Source: a virus (Duplodnaviria; Caudoviricetes). Taken from it: a stretch of 30,216 nt of DNA. Of this stretch, positions 17,758 through 26,168 are shown piece by piece; the stretch's first letter is position 1; each line of letters begins with the position of its first letter. A program made the position numbers and the translations under genes. Below the pieces are notes generated by a model. That model saw nothing but the letters and a program-made list of their open reading frames with translations. It was not told where the DNA came from and did not search any database. The DNA lies in the IMG/VR virus record IMGVR_UViG_3300038461_000310, positions 1 to 30,216 of that record; one strand, given 5' to 3'.

Positions 17758-18561
17758 CTAAGAATCGAGGTTTTTAAGCCAGTCCCTTACGCCGCCATCC
17801 TGATAATTCTTGAGGTCGAAGGTCTGAATCTTCTCGTGAGTGAATCTCTCCACAGGAATCTCTCTCTGTAGGAAAGCAATCCGCTCATGCGGCATCGTTG
17901 CCATCGCACAATGGAAGTTTCCGGAGACCACCCCGATGAAGGCCCCGCAGGCCCCCAGGAGTCCCAGAAGGGTCGATACCCGCGGCGTGACCCGGCGAAC
18001 CGAGCAGTCCACGAAATCGAATTTCTGGTTTACGGGATTATGGAAGATGTGCTCAAAATGTGACTCTATAGGAATCCATCCAGCCGCGAGGATCTCGGAC
18101 CATATCTTTTTGGCAACGTCCTCCGGGCAATTTGCCAGATCAGGCAAGCACGTTATGTTCCAATGGACCGCGCACAGCTTACTCGGGAACTTCGGAAGAG
18201 GCTTGTACTCGATAGCCGGTGGAGAAATGCCCAATTCCTCCTTGCAGCACAGCTCCGCCTTGGTGAGGCCGGGGACCTCCACCGGGAAGTGGATCAGAGC
18301 CGTCAGGTCGTATCCCTCCTCGATGTTTTTGAGGTCCCCGAGAAGAATGGCTTCAGGGTAAATCGTCTCTTCATCCAGCCCTTTGCAAAACCCCAGGTCA
18401 AAATGGATGCCGGGGTATAATTCCTTCAGCTTATCGAAAAGGGGCAGGAACATCACTTGATCCCCCAGGCCGTGCCAACTAACGATGAGGACCTTTTTGA
18501 AGGTCCCCTCGTCCAGATAGGCAGCCAGCTTCTTTTCTTGCTTCCCCGGTTCTATGATCAT
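17758..18561 (-). CDS. Glycosyltransferase, GT9 (heptosyltransferase-like, GT-B fold), 267 aa
   Basis: 'KKVLIVSWHGLGDQVMFLP' and 'LLGACGAFIGVVSGNFHCAMA' match GT9 N- and C-terminal motifs. Confidence 0.8.
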   Translation of the reverse strand: MIIEPGKQEKKLAAYLDEGTFKKVLIVSWHGLGDQVMFLPLFDKLKELYPGIHFDLGFCKGLDEETIYPEAILLGDLKNIEEGYDLTALIHFPVEVPGLTKAELCCKEELGISPPAIEYKPLPKFPSKLCAVHWNITCLPDLANCPEDVAKKIWSEILAAGWIPIESHFEHIFHNPVNQKFDFVDCSVRRVTPRVSTLLGLLGACGAFIGVVSGNFHCAMATMPHERIAFLQREIPVERFTHEKIQTFDLKNYQDGGVRDWLKNLDS

Positions 18562-18718
18562 TTTTCGAAACCCCTTCTATAAATTTATGGCACAAACAAT
18601 ATTCTCTTGGCTGTGAGTATGAATTATGCCACCAACACATTCCCTTGCTATTATTGTGCATTTCTTTTCCGTGCCCACACTCTGCACATTTTTCTTGCTT
18701 CCCGGGTTCTATTATCAT
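18479..18718 (-). CDS. Small Cys/His-rich protein (79 aa) inserted ahead of the GT9 gene
   Basis: ATGA overlap with the upstream stop; 'CAECGH...H...C...CLC'; AT-rich; first 10 codons duplicate those of the GT9 gene. Confidence 0.45.
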   Translation of the reverse strand: MIIEPGKQEKCAECGHGKEMHNNSKGMCWWHNSYSQPREYCLCHKFIEGVSKNDHRTGEARKEAGCLSGRGDLQKGPHR

Positions 18719-19368
18719 CTTCGCACCGCCCATGCTGTTCCTTTGCCAGCCTCATCCCGATACCAGGAGAACTCATTTAGGTGCTTATCTTGGAAAGCAT
18801 TGAGAGCTGGTTTCAGGTCAAATCCATCTGATTGCACGGTAGCCGAAATATCGTCCACGAGGAGTACTCCTCCTGTGGCCAGAAGATCGACCACGTTTTC
18901 CAGGTCTTCCGTGAGAACCTCAACCGAGTGGCCCCCATCGCACAAGATGTAATCGAACAGGTCGGTATTCCCCTGCTTGAAGGCGGGGACGGTCTTCCTG
19001 GAATCACCAATGTAGAACTCAACGAACCCCGTGGGGATGGCCAGGTGCTCAAGGTGCTTCCTCACCAGATCCGGGCATGAGAGGCCATCATCGAACAGAT
19101 CGAACAGGCAGACTCGGAGGCCGCTGAAGTCCTGGTAAGCGGAAAGAAGGGCCGCGATGGAGAGTCCCGTTCGGGTTCCTATTTCCATGATCCTCATCGG
19201 ATGATGAGTAGCTCCCCATTGGAAGGCTAGTGCGTGAATATCGAAGAAATTATCGCCCCATTTTTTGTAGTGAGTCTGATAATTAAGGACGTAGGTGTCA
19301 CGGGGAGTGACTTTATTTAATACCCGCAGGTTGTGAAAGACCATGGCCGTGAGCAGTTTTTTATCCAT
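18715..19368 (-). CDS. Class I SAM-dependent methyltransferase (Methyltransf_24-like), 217 aa
   Basis: 'IMEIGTRTGLS', 'GDS', 'FDYILCDGGHS', 'GGVLLVDD'. Confidence 0.85.
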   Translation of the reverse strand: MDKKLLTAMVFHNLRVLNKVTPRDTYVLNYQTHYKKWGDNFFDIHALAFQWGATHHPMRIMEIGTRTGLSIAALLSAYQDFSGLRVCLFDLFDDGLSCPDLVRKHLEHLAIPTGFVEFYIGDSRKTVPAFKQGNTDLFDYILCDGGHSVEVLTEDLENVVDLLATGGVLLVDDISATVQSDGFDLKPALNAFQDKHLNEFSWYRDEAGKGTAWAVRR

Positions 19369-20275
19369 CGATCTTCACCTTGTACTCGGCCATCTTCTTC
19401 ACATAGTCCACGAGGAAGGCCAGGCAGTTCCGAGCCAGGGCCTTGCAGGTTTCCGAGCCGTTCAGCTCCCGGTCGATCATCTTGAGCTGTCCGTCAAGCT
19501 GCCATCCCTGCCACACGGAACTTAAAAATTGTCCGTGAAGAACGAACAGCTCCTCCCCGTTCACCGTCCACAGGTTCCCGTGCATCTCGCAGACGTGGGA
19601 GCAGGGCTTGAGCAGGGTCTCATGGAGGCCGGACCAGGTGGCTTCGGCCAGGGCGATGACCCTGTTCTGGTATCCGAATTTCATAATGGATAGATTTACC
19701 GAATCCATGTCGGGGCCGCGGAATCGCCGCTCAGGAGGATAGTCCGCAAAGATCTTCCAGGAGAAGACAAAGGCATCCGAAAACTTCGGAGAGTAAAAAA
19801 GAGGAGAGCAGCAGATGTCCTTTTCGTTCCAGGTCTTCGGTAGAATATGCTTTCCATCTACTTTGTGGTGCTCCTCAAATCCCTCTCCGTATGTCCTCTT
19901 TTGCTCCAATCCACAGCCGATTATCACATCCGCCTTATCCGCAATTTCAAACCAGATATCCAAATTGCGAATGATGCAGGAATCGGCGTCCAGGACACAG
20001 ATCGCATCGTACTCCACGTCCAGGAGGGCGTAGCGGTAGCGCATGAGCACTTCGCCCTCACCGAGCGCCTGCATCTCTGGGATACCCGAAACCTCGTGGA
20101 CGATGACCCGGTATCCGAGTTGATCGAGCTTGGCCAGGTACTTCGCCGGCAGGGCCCAAGAGATCAGGTGAACGTCCTGCTTGTTCCCCACCTTCTCCAG
20201 GCTGTTCAGAAGGACGTTCAGCGGGGGCAGGTACTTCTCGTTCGCCGCCACGACGAAGGCGTATTTACTCTTCAT
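19361..20275 (-). CDS. Glycosyltransferase, GT-A fold (GT8-like), 304 aa
   Basis: Start revised to ATG 20275, overlapping the upstream stop; 'AANEKYLPPLNVLLNSL' and DxD in 'YDAICVLDADSCI'. Confidence 0.75.
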   Translation of the reverse strand: MKSKYAFVVAANEKYLPPLNVLLNSLEKVGNKQDVHLISWALPAKYLAKLDQLGYRVIVHEVSGIPEMQALGEGEVLMRYRYALLDVEYDAICVLDADSCIIRNLDIWFEIADKADVIIGCGLEQKRTYGEGFEEHHKVDGKHILPKTWNEKDICCSPLFYSPKFSDAFVFSWKIFADYPPERRFRGPDMDSVNLSIMKFGYQNRVIALAEATWSGLHETLLKPCSHVCEMHGNLWTVNGEELFVLHGQFLSSVWQGWQLDGQLKMIDRELNGSETCKALARNCLAFLVDYVKKMAEYKVKIDG

Positions 20276-20786
20276 ACTCTCGCCACCAGCACCAGTCGTC
20301 TCCTTGTTTGACATCACCAATCTCCTCCTCCACGGCTTTCTTTGTATCGTCGAGCTGCCAGTCATGGCCGCCCATAATCGCCCGCTTCTTGAGTTTTCCT
20401 TTCCAGAAGCGCATATCTCTCTTTTGCTGTTCGTATCTATGGTCCCCATCCACCCAAACGAAGTCCAGGGGTTCCCGGACCGCTTCCAGGGCATCATCCG
20501 AAGTCATCCGGAGGACGATGCACCTTCCTTCGTCTATGAAGCTCTGAAGCCGCTTGACGGCCTCCAGGTAGTTCGCATCATGGTACGGCTGGGGCTCTTC
20601 CGCTTCATACAGATGCCCGGTAAAGTGCTTCCATGGGTCGATGCAGTACAGCTTCAGTTTCGGCATCCGGGCCAGCATGGAGTAGCTTCCGGAGGCCCCT
20701 TGGATTCCGATCTCGGCCCCCACAACGGGAACATCCCCAAAGAAGGGGATCAAGATTCGCTCAGGGAGGAAGATGTTCTGGTTCAT
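20265..20786 (-). CDS. Class I SAM-dependent methyltransferase (Methyltransf_24-like), 173 aa
   Basis: 'GAEIGIQGASGS', 'LYCIDPW', 'LDFVWVDGDHRYE', 'IMGGHDW'; ATGA overlap. Confidence 0.85.
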   Translation of the reverse strand: MNQNIFLPERILIPFFGDVPVVGAEIGIQGASGSYSMLARMPKLKLYCIDPWKHFTGHLYEAEEPQPYHDANYLEAVKRLQSFIDEGRCIVLRMTSDDALEAVREPLDFVWVDGDHRYEQQKRDMRFWKGKLKKRAIMGGHDWQLDDTKKAVEEEIGDVKQGDDWCWWREYEE

Positions 20787-21748
20787 TCCGGGGGTCCTTG
20801 CACGAGGTAGTCCACGTCCTCGATATTTGCTCTCAACTTCACTTTCCAGGTTTCGTTGAAAAGCCGATACATCCCGAAGGCCACACGGGTATTCTCCGCC
20901 AGCATACTCTTGAGGGGGTCTTTCGCGTCGGGGTGCTCCGTAACCCCTTTTATGAACCCCTTCGAATACCAGCAGCCATGCAGCATTTTAAGGCGCAGGT
21001 TCTCAGGGAGGTTGAGAAGGTAGGTCTTGCCATTACTCATCTTGATATCTCTCACTGGAGAGGTCAGGAAGGCGTGTTCCAGCCATTCTATGTCGTTCAG
21101 GAGAACCACCCGGTCCTTTTTCTTTAGGTAGTGGACCGCGTACCCCAGGGCTCTCATTTCATGGAATTCCGGGGTTTCGAAGATGATCTTCTTGAGGATG
21201 TAGTCCACCACGTCGGCCCACTTCAGGGGTTCCCAAAGCCAGGGGGAAGGCCAGATCGGGAAGACCGTGGGGGATACCGCCGGGTCAAAGTTCTCCAGGA
21301 AGGTTCCATGGAAGGAGTGCCACGCGGTGACCAGGAGGCCGGTCCCCTCCACCATCTTGAACCAAGGGGTCAGGTCCTCGAGTAAAAGGCAATCCGCCTG
21401 GATAACCCCCGTTACTTTGTACCGGTCCTTCAGCATGAAGGGGTAATAGACGAACCCGAAGACCACGGGCCAGTCTTGGGCTTGCCAGTATTTCCAGTCC
21501 TTGAACTCTTGCGGGACCGTCTGGATCATCTCTTCGATATCAACCAGCTCCAGGCGGTAATTGAGATCGGCCTCCTGAATCTTCTGGATCCACCAGGCGG
21601 GCATTCCCCGATGAACCAGGTGAAGATCTATTTTGCTCCCGTGGTAATCGAGGGCGTTGATGACTGCGTTGGTCCCGGGCAGGTATCTCGTCCCGCAGCA
21701 GAAGAGGGTGAAGGCAAAGTCTGATTTGGGCTTACCGTTTGTCCACAT
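20783..21748 (-). CDS. Glycosyltransferase, GT-A fold (GT8-like), 321 aa
   Basis: N-terminus 'RYLPGTNAVINALD..G.K.D.HL' aligns by eye with the 304-aa GT; degenerate DxD 'VIQADCLL'. Confidence 0.6.
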   Translation of the reverse strand: MWTNGKPKSDFAFTLFCCGTRYLPGTNAVINALDYHGSKIDLHLVHRGMPAWWIQKIQEADLNYRLELVDIEEMIQTVPQEFKDWKYWQAQDWPVVFGFVYYPFMLKDRYKVTGVIQADCLLLEDLTPWFKMVEGTGLLVTAWHSFHGTFLENFDPAVSPTVFPIWPSPWLWEPLKWADVVDYILKKIIFETPEFHEMRALGYAVHYLKKKDRVVLLNDIEWLEHAFLTSPVRDIKMSNGKTYLLNLPENLRLKMLHGCWYSKGFIKGVTEHPDAKDPLKSMLAENTRVAFGMYRLFNETWKVKLRANIEDVDYLVQGPPE

Positions 21749-21751
21749 GGT

Positions 21752-22663
21752 TCACCGCATCCTCGTAAGGTTCAGCCGGCCGCCCTGGTAGTACATTTTC
21801 ACGGCATCCACGATCGTGTTGGGTTGGATCAGAGTGAAGCAGTGTGGAGTGCCGTAGACCAGATCATCACAGGACCCCTTCACGCCGCCTTTCCAACATC
21901 CATCCCACATGCAGCACTTCAGGGCGCCGTTCGTGTAGATGTACCTCCCATGGGGATAGATATGCCACCGGACCCCTTCCTTCCCGGCCGCCAGGACAAC
22001 GTGGGGCTGTTCAAAGGCCGCGCTGATTACGAATTGGAGGGAAAGAGGGCCGATGCTTCCATGGGACCACCAGGCGAGCCGGATGAGTTGGCGGAGGTCG
22101 GTCTTCCCCACCAGATTGTAAACTCCGTCGAGGACGTGGTGCAGGTGGCCAAGGTGGCCGATCTGAACGAGGCGGATGGCCCCCCCGAAGTAATCGTTGA
22201 ACCGATCCACCACTTCCTGCCAACGGTGATACTGCTTCAGCTCATTATCCTGTTTTCTTCCAGCGTTGATGAGCCAGAATCCCCCGGTCCAGCCGAATTC
22301 TACTTCCACCTGGTTTATCCAGTGGGCCTCTTCATCGGAGACGTAAAGCTCGGGCCGGATTCCGGTCTTCTTGATCTTGACGCCCAGCTTCTTTTCGATG
22401 TCATGTCTGAAGGCATCCGTAAAGTGGTGCCCCCTCCACCCGCTCTCGTGGATCTCATCGTAGGAGATATCAAACTTCTCAACGTCGGGGTCTTTGTCGT
22501 CCAGGGGGGTGAGACGGGGGTTATGCTCCCAGATTTCGGGGCAGGGGCTTCGCACGTCGATCTGATAGTCCGGGTAAGACTCTTTCAGGTCTCCCACGGC
22601 CCGGGTCATGGTCAGGATGTCTCCGGGAGATTGACGTTGAGAGAGGATTATCTTTCGGCTCAT
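21752..22663 (-). CDS. Glycosyltransferase, GT9 (heptosyltransferase-like) with C-terminal Cys cluster, 303 aa
   Basis: 'SPGDILTMTRAV..LK..YP', 'NLVGKTDLRQLIRL', 'ISAAFEQPHVVL', 'CCMWDGCW...C...C'. Confidence 0.85.
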   Translation of the reverse strand: MSRKIILSQRQSPGDILTMTRAVGDLKESYPDYQIDVRSPCPEIWEHNPRLTPLDDKDPDVEKFDISYDEIHESGWRGHHFTDAFRHDIEKKLGVKIKKTGIRPELYVSDEEAHWINQVEVEFGWTGGFWLINAGRKQDNELKQYHRWQEVVDRFNDYFGGAIRLVQIGHLGHLHHVLDGVYNLVGKTDLRQLIRLAWWSHGSIGPLSLQFVISAAFEQPHVVLAAGKEGVRWHIYPHGRYIYTNGALKCCMWDGCWKGGVKGSCDDLVYGTPHCFTLIQPNTIVDAVKMYYQGGRLNLTRMR

Positions 22664-23167
22664 TTAACCCCCGAAGAGGAAAGAGTGGATGTCTTTCCTG
22701 GGAGGACATTCTGGAGTACCACTTCTCATAGCGGCAAAACCATAGTTTGCAAAGAGAGAGCGAATTGATTTTTGGGTGAAGTAATGCAGATGCTCCCCGG
22801 GCTTAAAATGTTTAGACTCCATAAGCTCGCCCTCTATAATAGGAACGGATACGGCTACGTTTCTGGCAAGAGCGAGGATAGGTTCGATCATTCTAAAGTC
22901 CGGTAGATGTTCCAAAACATCCCAAAAGCAAACCACGTCATACATCATCAGTTTTATTCCCGTCTGCGGGAAGTTCCCGATATCGTAGGTGTATACCTCC
23001 ACCCCAGAAGGACGGTAGGCTCTGAACCACCCCACCCCCGATCCATAGTCCAGAACGGTTTTGGGGTGTACGAAATCAACCCAATTCCATCGAAGCCGAC
23101 AAATCTCTTCCGCTGTTGCGCTGTTCTGCCGGAGCATCTTCTCAAAGTACTCCAGGTCGTACTCCAT
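22664..23167 (-). CDS. Class I SAM-dependent methyltransferase, 167 aa
   Basis: 'VLDYGSGVGWF', 'YDVVCFWDVLEHL', 'EHLHYFT'; AGGAGG RBS. Confidence 0.85.
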   Translation of the reverse strand: MEYDLEYFEKMLRQNSATAEEICRLRWNWVDFVHPKTVLDYGSGVGWFRAYRPSGVEVYTYDIGNFPQTGIKLMMYDVVCFWDVLEHLPDFRMIEPILALARNVAVSVPIIEGELMESKHFKPGEHLHYFTQKSIRSLFANYGFAAMRSGTPECPPRKDIHSFLFGG

Positions 23168-23187
23168 TTCCTCCTCCTCTACTTGTT

Positions 23188-24096
23188 TTATAGTGACCCG
23201 AAATCGGGCCGGGCGACAACTTCAGACCATCTCAGGTTGTCTTTGGCTGCTCGTGCTTTGAGCTTGTTATGCTCGAATATTTCCCCATGCTCCATGGAGG
23301 CCTTGGGGTCCAGGGTGTCCGCATCTTTCTTCAGGTAGGCCTCCCGCATGATCCCGTCCACCAATTTGATGTGATCCTCCGTGCGCATCTCCGGGCTCTG
23401 GGTATCCATGCCGGTAGCCGTTAAGGCTGCTCCCAGGCGGGTCACGGTCAGATAAAGGGTGTCGATCACCTTTCGGATGACTCCGGCCGAGGCGGTCTCG
23501 TCGGTGATGTCTTCCAGGACCGTGAAGGAATCGGCGGTCGCAGTGACCACCGTGAAGGTCGCGGGGATGATATCGGTCCCGTTTGAAGTCGTCCCGGAGA
23601 TCACAACCTCATCGCCGGCAGAAAGGGTGCCGGAGAACTTCGCGCCCGTCTGTGAGATGCTGTTGTCGGAAGCGGTGAAGACGAAGGCTTTGGAAAAGTA
23701 CCCCAGGGAAGGATCGGGAAATCTCACCACCCGGATTTTCCCGGAATCATAATCCGGGACCATGTATTCGACCGTCCCCGTGGCATACTTCCAATCCAAA
23801 ATGAATTGGCTCAGCCAGATATCGCTCTTCACCTTCACGTCTTTCTTGGCCGTGAAAAGTCGCCCATAGCGGACTTCCGTTATTTGGGGGTGAAGGGCGT
23901 AGGTGGGCTGATTGCAGAGGATGGGAATTTGGATGATTGCAGGAGTGGAATCGTCAAGGATGCAACCGGACTCCTTGACCCACTCGTTATATGCCTGATT
24001 CAGATAAAGCAAAAGCTCCCAGGATTCCCAGAGGAAGGGAGCTTTCGTGTCTTGAAGCCTTTCCCTTGAGAGGGAAAGGATATCGCTCGTAATCAT
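23188..24096 (-). CDS. Head-tail adaptor (tail tubular protein A-like) with inserted beta domain, 302 aa
   Basis: 'RERLQD...FLWESWELLLYLNQAYNEW' N-terminus, 'DHIKLVDGIMREAYLKKDADT' C-terminus, Thr/Ser/Val-rich insert ~23470-23700; synteny after the capsid genes. Confidence 0.7.
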   Translation of the reverse strand: MITSDILSLSRERLQDTKAPFLWESWELLLYLNQAYNEWVKESGCILDDSTPAIIQIPILCNQPTYALHPQITEVRYGRLFTAKKDVKVKSDIWLSQFILDWKYATGTVEYMVPDYDSGKIRVVRFPDPSLGYFSKAFVFTASDNSISQTGAKFSGTLSAGDEVVISGTTSNGTDIIPATFTVVTATADSFTVLEDITDETASAGVIRKVIDTLYLTVTRLGAALTATGMDTQSPEMRTEDHIKLVDGIMREAYLKKDADTLDPKASMEHGEIFEHNKLKARAAKDNLRWSEVVARPDFGSL

Positions 24097-24107
24097 GGCG
24101 TCCCCCT

Positions 24108-24144
24108 AAACAGGGGGAGCCCGGATAGGCCCCCCCCTTTTTTT
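24108..24144 (-). terminator. Putative intrinsic terminator, possibly bidirectional
   Basis: Minus strand A7-GGGGGGGGCC-UAUCCG-GGCUCCCCC-UGUUU; on the plus strand the hairpin is followed by T7. Confidence 0.6.
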
Positions 24145-24165
24145 ATCGTGTTAGAGCTTCCCTGC

Positions 24166-24585
24166 TTATGTCCCGCTGCTCGAAGAGCTGCTGCTCCGAG
24201 AAGAAGAGCTGCTGCTGATAGAGCTTGAGCTGGAGCTGAACGAGCTGGAACTCGACACGCTGGAGGACGAAGAACTGCTGCTCATGGAACTGGAAGAGCT
24301 GCTCCGGGAACTGGAACTCGAGGAGCTGCTCTCAAGGATCTGCCCAAACTGACAGGAGGTTGAATTACCGATATTGAAGGAGAACTGCCCGGTATCCGTA
24401 CAGATATACAGGCATCCGGTGGCGTACCCGGCCTTATTGACCGGCATGTTCGCATAGGTCCCCATAGCCAAAAGGACATGGTGCTTTTGCGTTTGGATAA
24501 GGCGCCATACATTGCCACTCTCCATGTCCTTCGAACCTTCGAGGGTCAAAACTCCTACTGACCAGTCTTGTCTCCGTGATGGCAT
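24166..24585 (-). CDS. Small virion (head-associated) protein with 52-aa C-terminal poly-Ser tail, 139 aa
   Basis: AGGAG RBS; 'AGYATGCLYICTDTG...NIG' motif typical of small phage fiber/decoration modules; Ser tract 24175-24330. Confidence 0.75.
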   Translation of the reverse strand: MPSRRQDWSVGVLTLEGSKDMESGNVWRLIQTQKHHVLLAMGTYANMPVNKAGYATGCLYICTDTGQFSFNIGNSTSCQFGQILESSSSSSSSRSSSSSSMSSSSSSSSVSSSSSFSSSSSSISSSSSSRSSSSSSSGT

Positions 24586-24626
24586 TTTATCTCCTTTCCC
24601 GCCTTTTTAACGAGTTGGCCTTCTCG

Positions 24627-24657
24627 AAAAAAGGAGAAAGGGGGGCCTGTGCCCCCC
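24627..24657 (-). terminator. Intrinsic terminator after the capsid and decoration genes
   Basis: GGGGGGC-ACAG-GCCCCCC followed by UUUCUCCUUUUUU, starting 14 nt after the stop at 24672. Confidence 0.7.
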
Positions 24658-24671
24658 AGGGTTGTTGATCT

Positions 24672-25181
24672 TTACTTCCAGGTGGTCGGTGCCGCTGTCG
24701 CCAGGTCCGGAACGATGAAGGTCGTGGCTTCCACGAACACATCGAAGATGGCCGTGGTGACACCGGCGGTCCCGAAGGTGACCTTGAGGTAATCGGCGGC
24801 ATTGTAGCTTTTCCCGAAGGTCAGCCCGTTCACGTCGCTGTTAAGGGTCATCTTCTGGGTTTTGGCGGTCGGACCCAGGGTGAAGGAAGCCAGCCAATAG
24901 GCCGGCCCGTCGCTGTCTCCGATGGTGATGGTGGCGGTCGGAGCCGCATCCACCTTCCAGAGGTACACGCCCACGCATTTGATGTGCGTGAAAGCCGGGA
25001 TGGTCCAGATCTTGATCGAGTCCCCAGCGGATCCGGTGAAGGACCCCGAGGGGAGGAAGGTGATCTGGTCAGCCATGTTGACGTGGAATCTCAGGACTCC
25101 ACGAACCCCGGCGCCCTGGGAATATTCCGGAAGGTTCCCGACGAACCCCGGATACGCTGTGCAATCGTTTACAGTCGCCAT
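24672..25181 (-). CDS. Capsid decoration/cement protein, 169 aa
   Basis: Immediately follows the capsid gene; beta-rich 'GDSIKIWTIPA...ATITIGDSD...Y' pattern. Confidence 0.65.
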   Translation of the reverse strand: MATVNDCTAYPGFVGNLPEYSQGAGVRGVLRFHVNMADQITFLPSGSFTGSAGDSIKIWTIPAFTHIKCVGVYLWKVDAAPTATITIGDSDGPAYWLASFTLGPTAKTQKMTLNSDVNGLTFGKSYNAADYLKVTFGTAGVTTAIFDVFVEATTFIVPDLATAAPTTWK

Positions 25182-25202
25182 GTTCTTATTGCCCCCTTTC
25201 CT

Positions 25203-26051
25203 TTAACTCAGGGTCGGCTGGGCGTAGACCATGCCGATCGCTGAGGGTTTGATCACTTTGCGGCCGAACACATGCAGACTCTTAATGAACCGACCGAAGG
25301 TGGTCTCGGGGTTGTCGATGTAATTCGTCTCCGTGAACTGAGAGGCGAAGGTCAACCCGTATTTGTGGCCAAAGAGGCAGTAGAAGCACAGCTTCCCGGT
25401 TGTGGTGTCCACCCCGGCCGTCCCCGGTCCCTTCGGGAGAAGGTTGGAGGCGTAGAGGGTGAAGTTGAGCAGCCGGCCCAGGCGTCCGCTTCGGAGGGTG
25501 CTGGTCGCGTCCCCCATCATCGAAGCGTCTTTGATGTCGGAGGTCTTGAGCAGCATGGCCATGACTCTCGGCATGACGAAGAACCACTCATCATCGTCCG
25601 GGACGTTCTGCTCGCCCAGGACCGCTTCGCACATGGCCAGCAATTTGATGATGTTCGAAGTGGTGACTTCGTAGGGCGCACCCACGGTCCCCAGGTCGTA
25701 CAGACCGGAGATGACTCCCGCGTTGGACCCGTAGTTGTTGGAATCGGGGAGAGCGGTGGAGTAGGGCGATTGGCCGCAGAAGTAGGCGAGAACATCGGTG
25801 TCGATCTTAACCTTCTCGTTCTTCGTGGCGTTGTCCGCCCATTGGGACATCAGATTGATGTCGCTCTGGTACTTGTCGATGGAATCGATCCCGAAATAGA
25901 AGTGCGTGCATTGGTCGATGTACAGGGTCATCGCCGGGGATTCGATTCTGTCGGGGGGCTTTAACACCCCGCCTTTCTGGTATTCGTTGAGGTACACCGG
26001 CACGTCGCCCTCTGTGCGGATCTCCACTTGGGACCCCATACCCTTGATATC
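25203..26051 (-). CDS. Major capsid protein, exon 2 (282 aa; spliced product 333 aa)
   Basis: Begins DIKGMGSQVEIRT; 'LYIDQ..FYFGIDSIDKYQSDINLM', 'GRLGRLLNFTLYASNLLP', 'FGRFIKSLHVFGRKVIKP' are HK97-fold (P22 coat-like) capsid motifs. Confidence 0.9.
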   Translation of the reverse strand, partial: DIKGMGSQVEIRTEGDVPVYLNEYQKGGVLKPPDRIESPAMTLYIDQCTHFYFGIDSIDKYQSDINLMSQWADNATKNEKVKIDTDVLAYFCGQSPYSTALPDSNNYGSNAGVISGLYDLGTVGAPYEVTTSNIIKLLAMCEAVLGEQNVPDDDEWFFVMPRVMAMLLKTSDIKDASMMGDATSTLRSGRLGRLLNFTLYASNLLPKGPGTAGVDTTTGKLCFYCLFGHKYGLTFASQFTETNYIDNPETTFGRFIKSLHVFGRKVIKPSAIGMVYAQPTLS

Positions 26052-26132
26052 CGAAAATTCACTGTTATCGGCAGGCTCTTTATCCTGCCTTCTGTGTCTT
26101 TCAACACAGTCCAGACTATATCTTCTTTTTGC

Positions 26133-26161
26133 TTGACACCAAAATCGACTTCTGGTACCAT
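26133..26161 (+). promoter_or_regulatory. Sigma70-type promoter for the intron HNH gene (leaderless)
   Basis: TTGACA (26133-26138), 17-nt spacer, extended -10 TGn-TACCAT (26156-26161), ATG at 26169, no Shine-Dalgarno. Confidence 0.75.
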
Positions 26162-26168
26162 ACCTTTC

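Noticed and set aside
20276-20497. N-terminal extension of the GT8-like ORF (378 aa)
   Set aside because: It overlaps the methyltransferase gene. Similarity to the paralog begins at MKSKYAF (20275).
17758-23167. Host LPS/O-antigen locus interpretation of the GT cluster
   Set aside because: There are no flippase, polymerase or sugar-synthesis genes and no obvious membrane proteins, and the block is embedded within phage structural genes. Phage-mediated host-surface modification is not fully excluded.
26028-26168. Longer 316-aa start for the HNH gene
   Set aside because: It overlaps capsid exon 2 and intron P7/P9. The promoter position supports ATG 26169.
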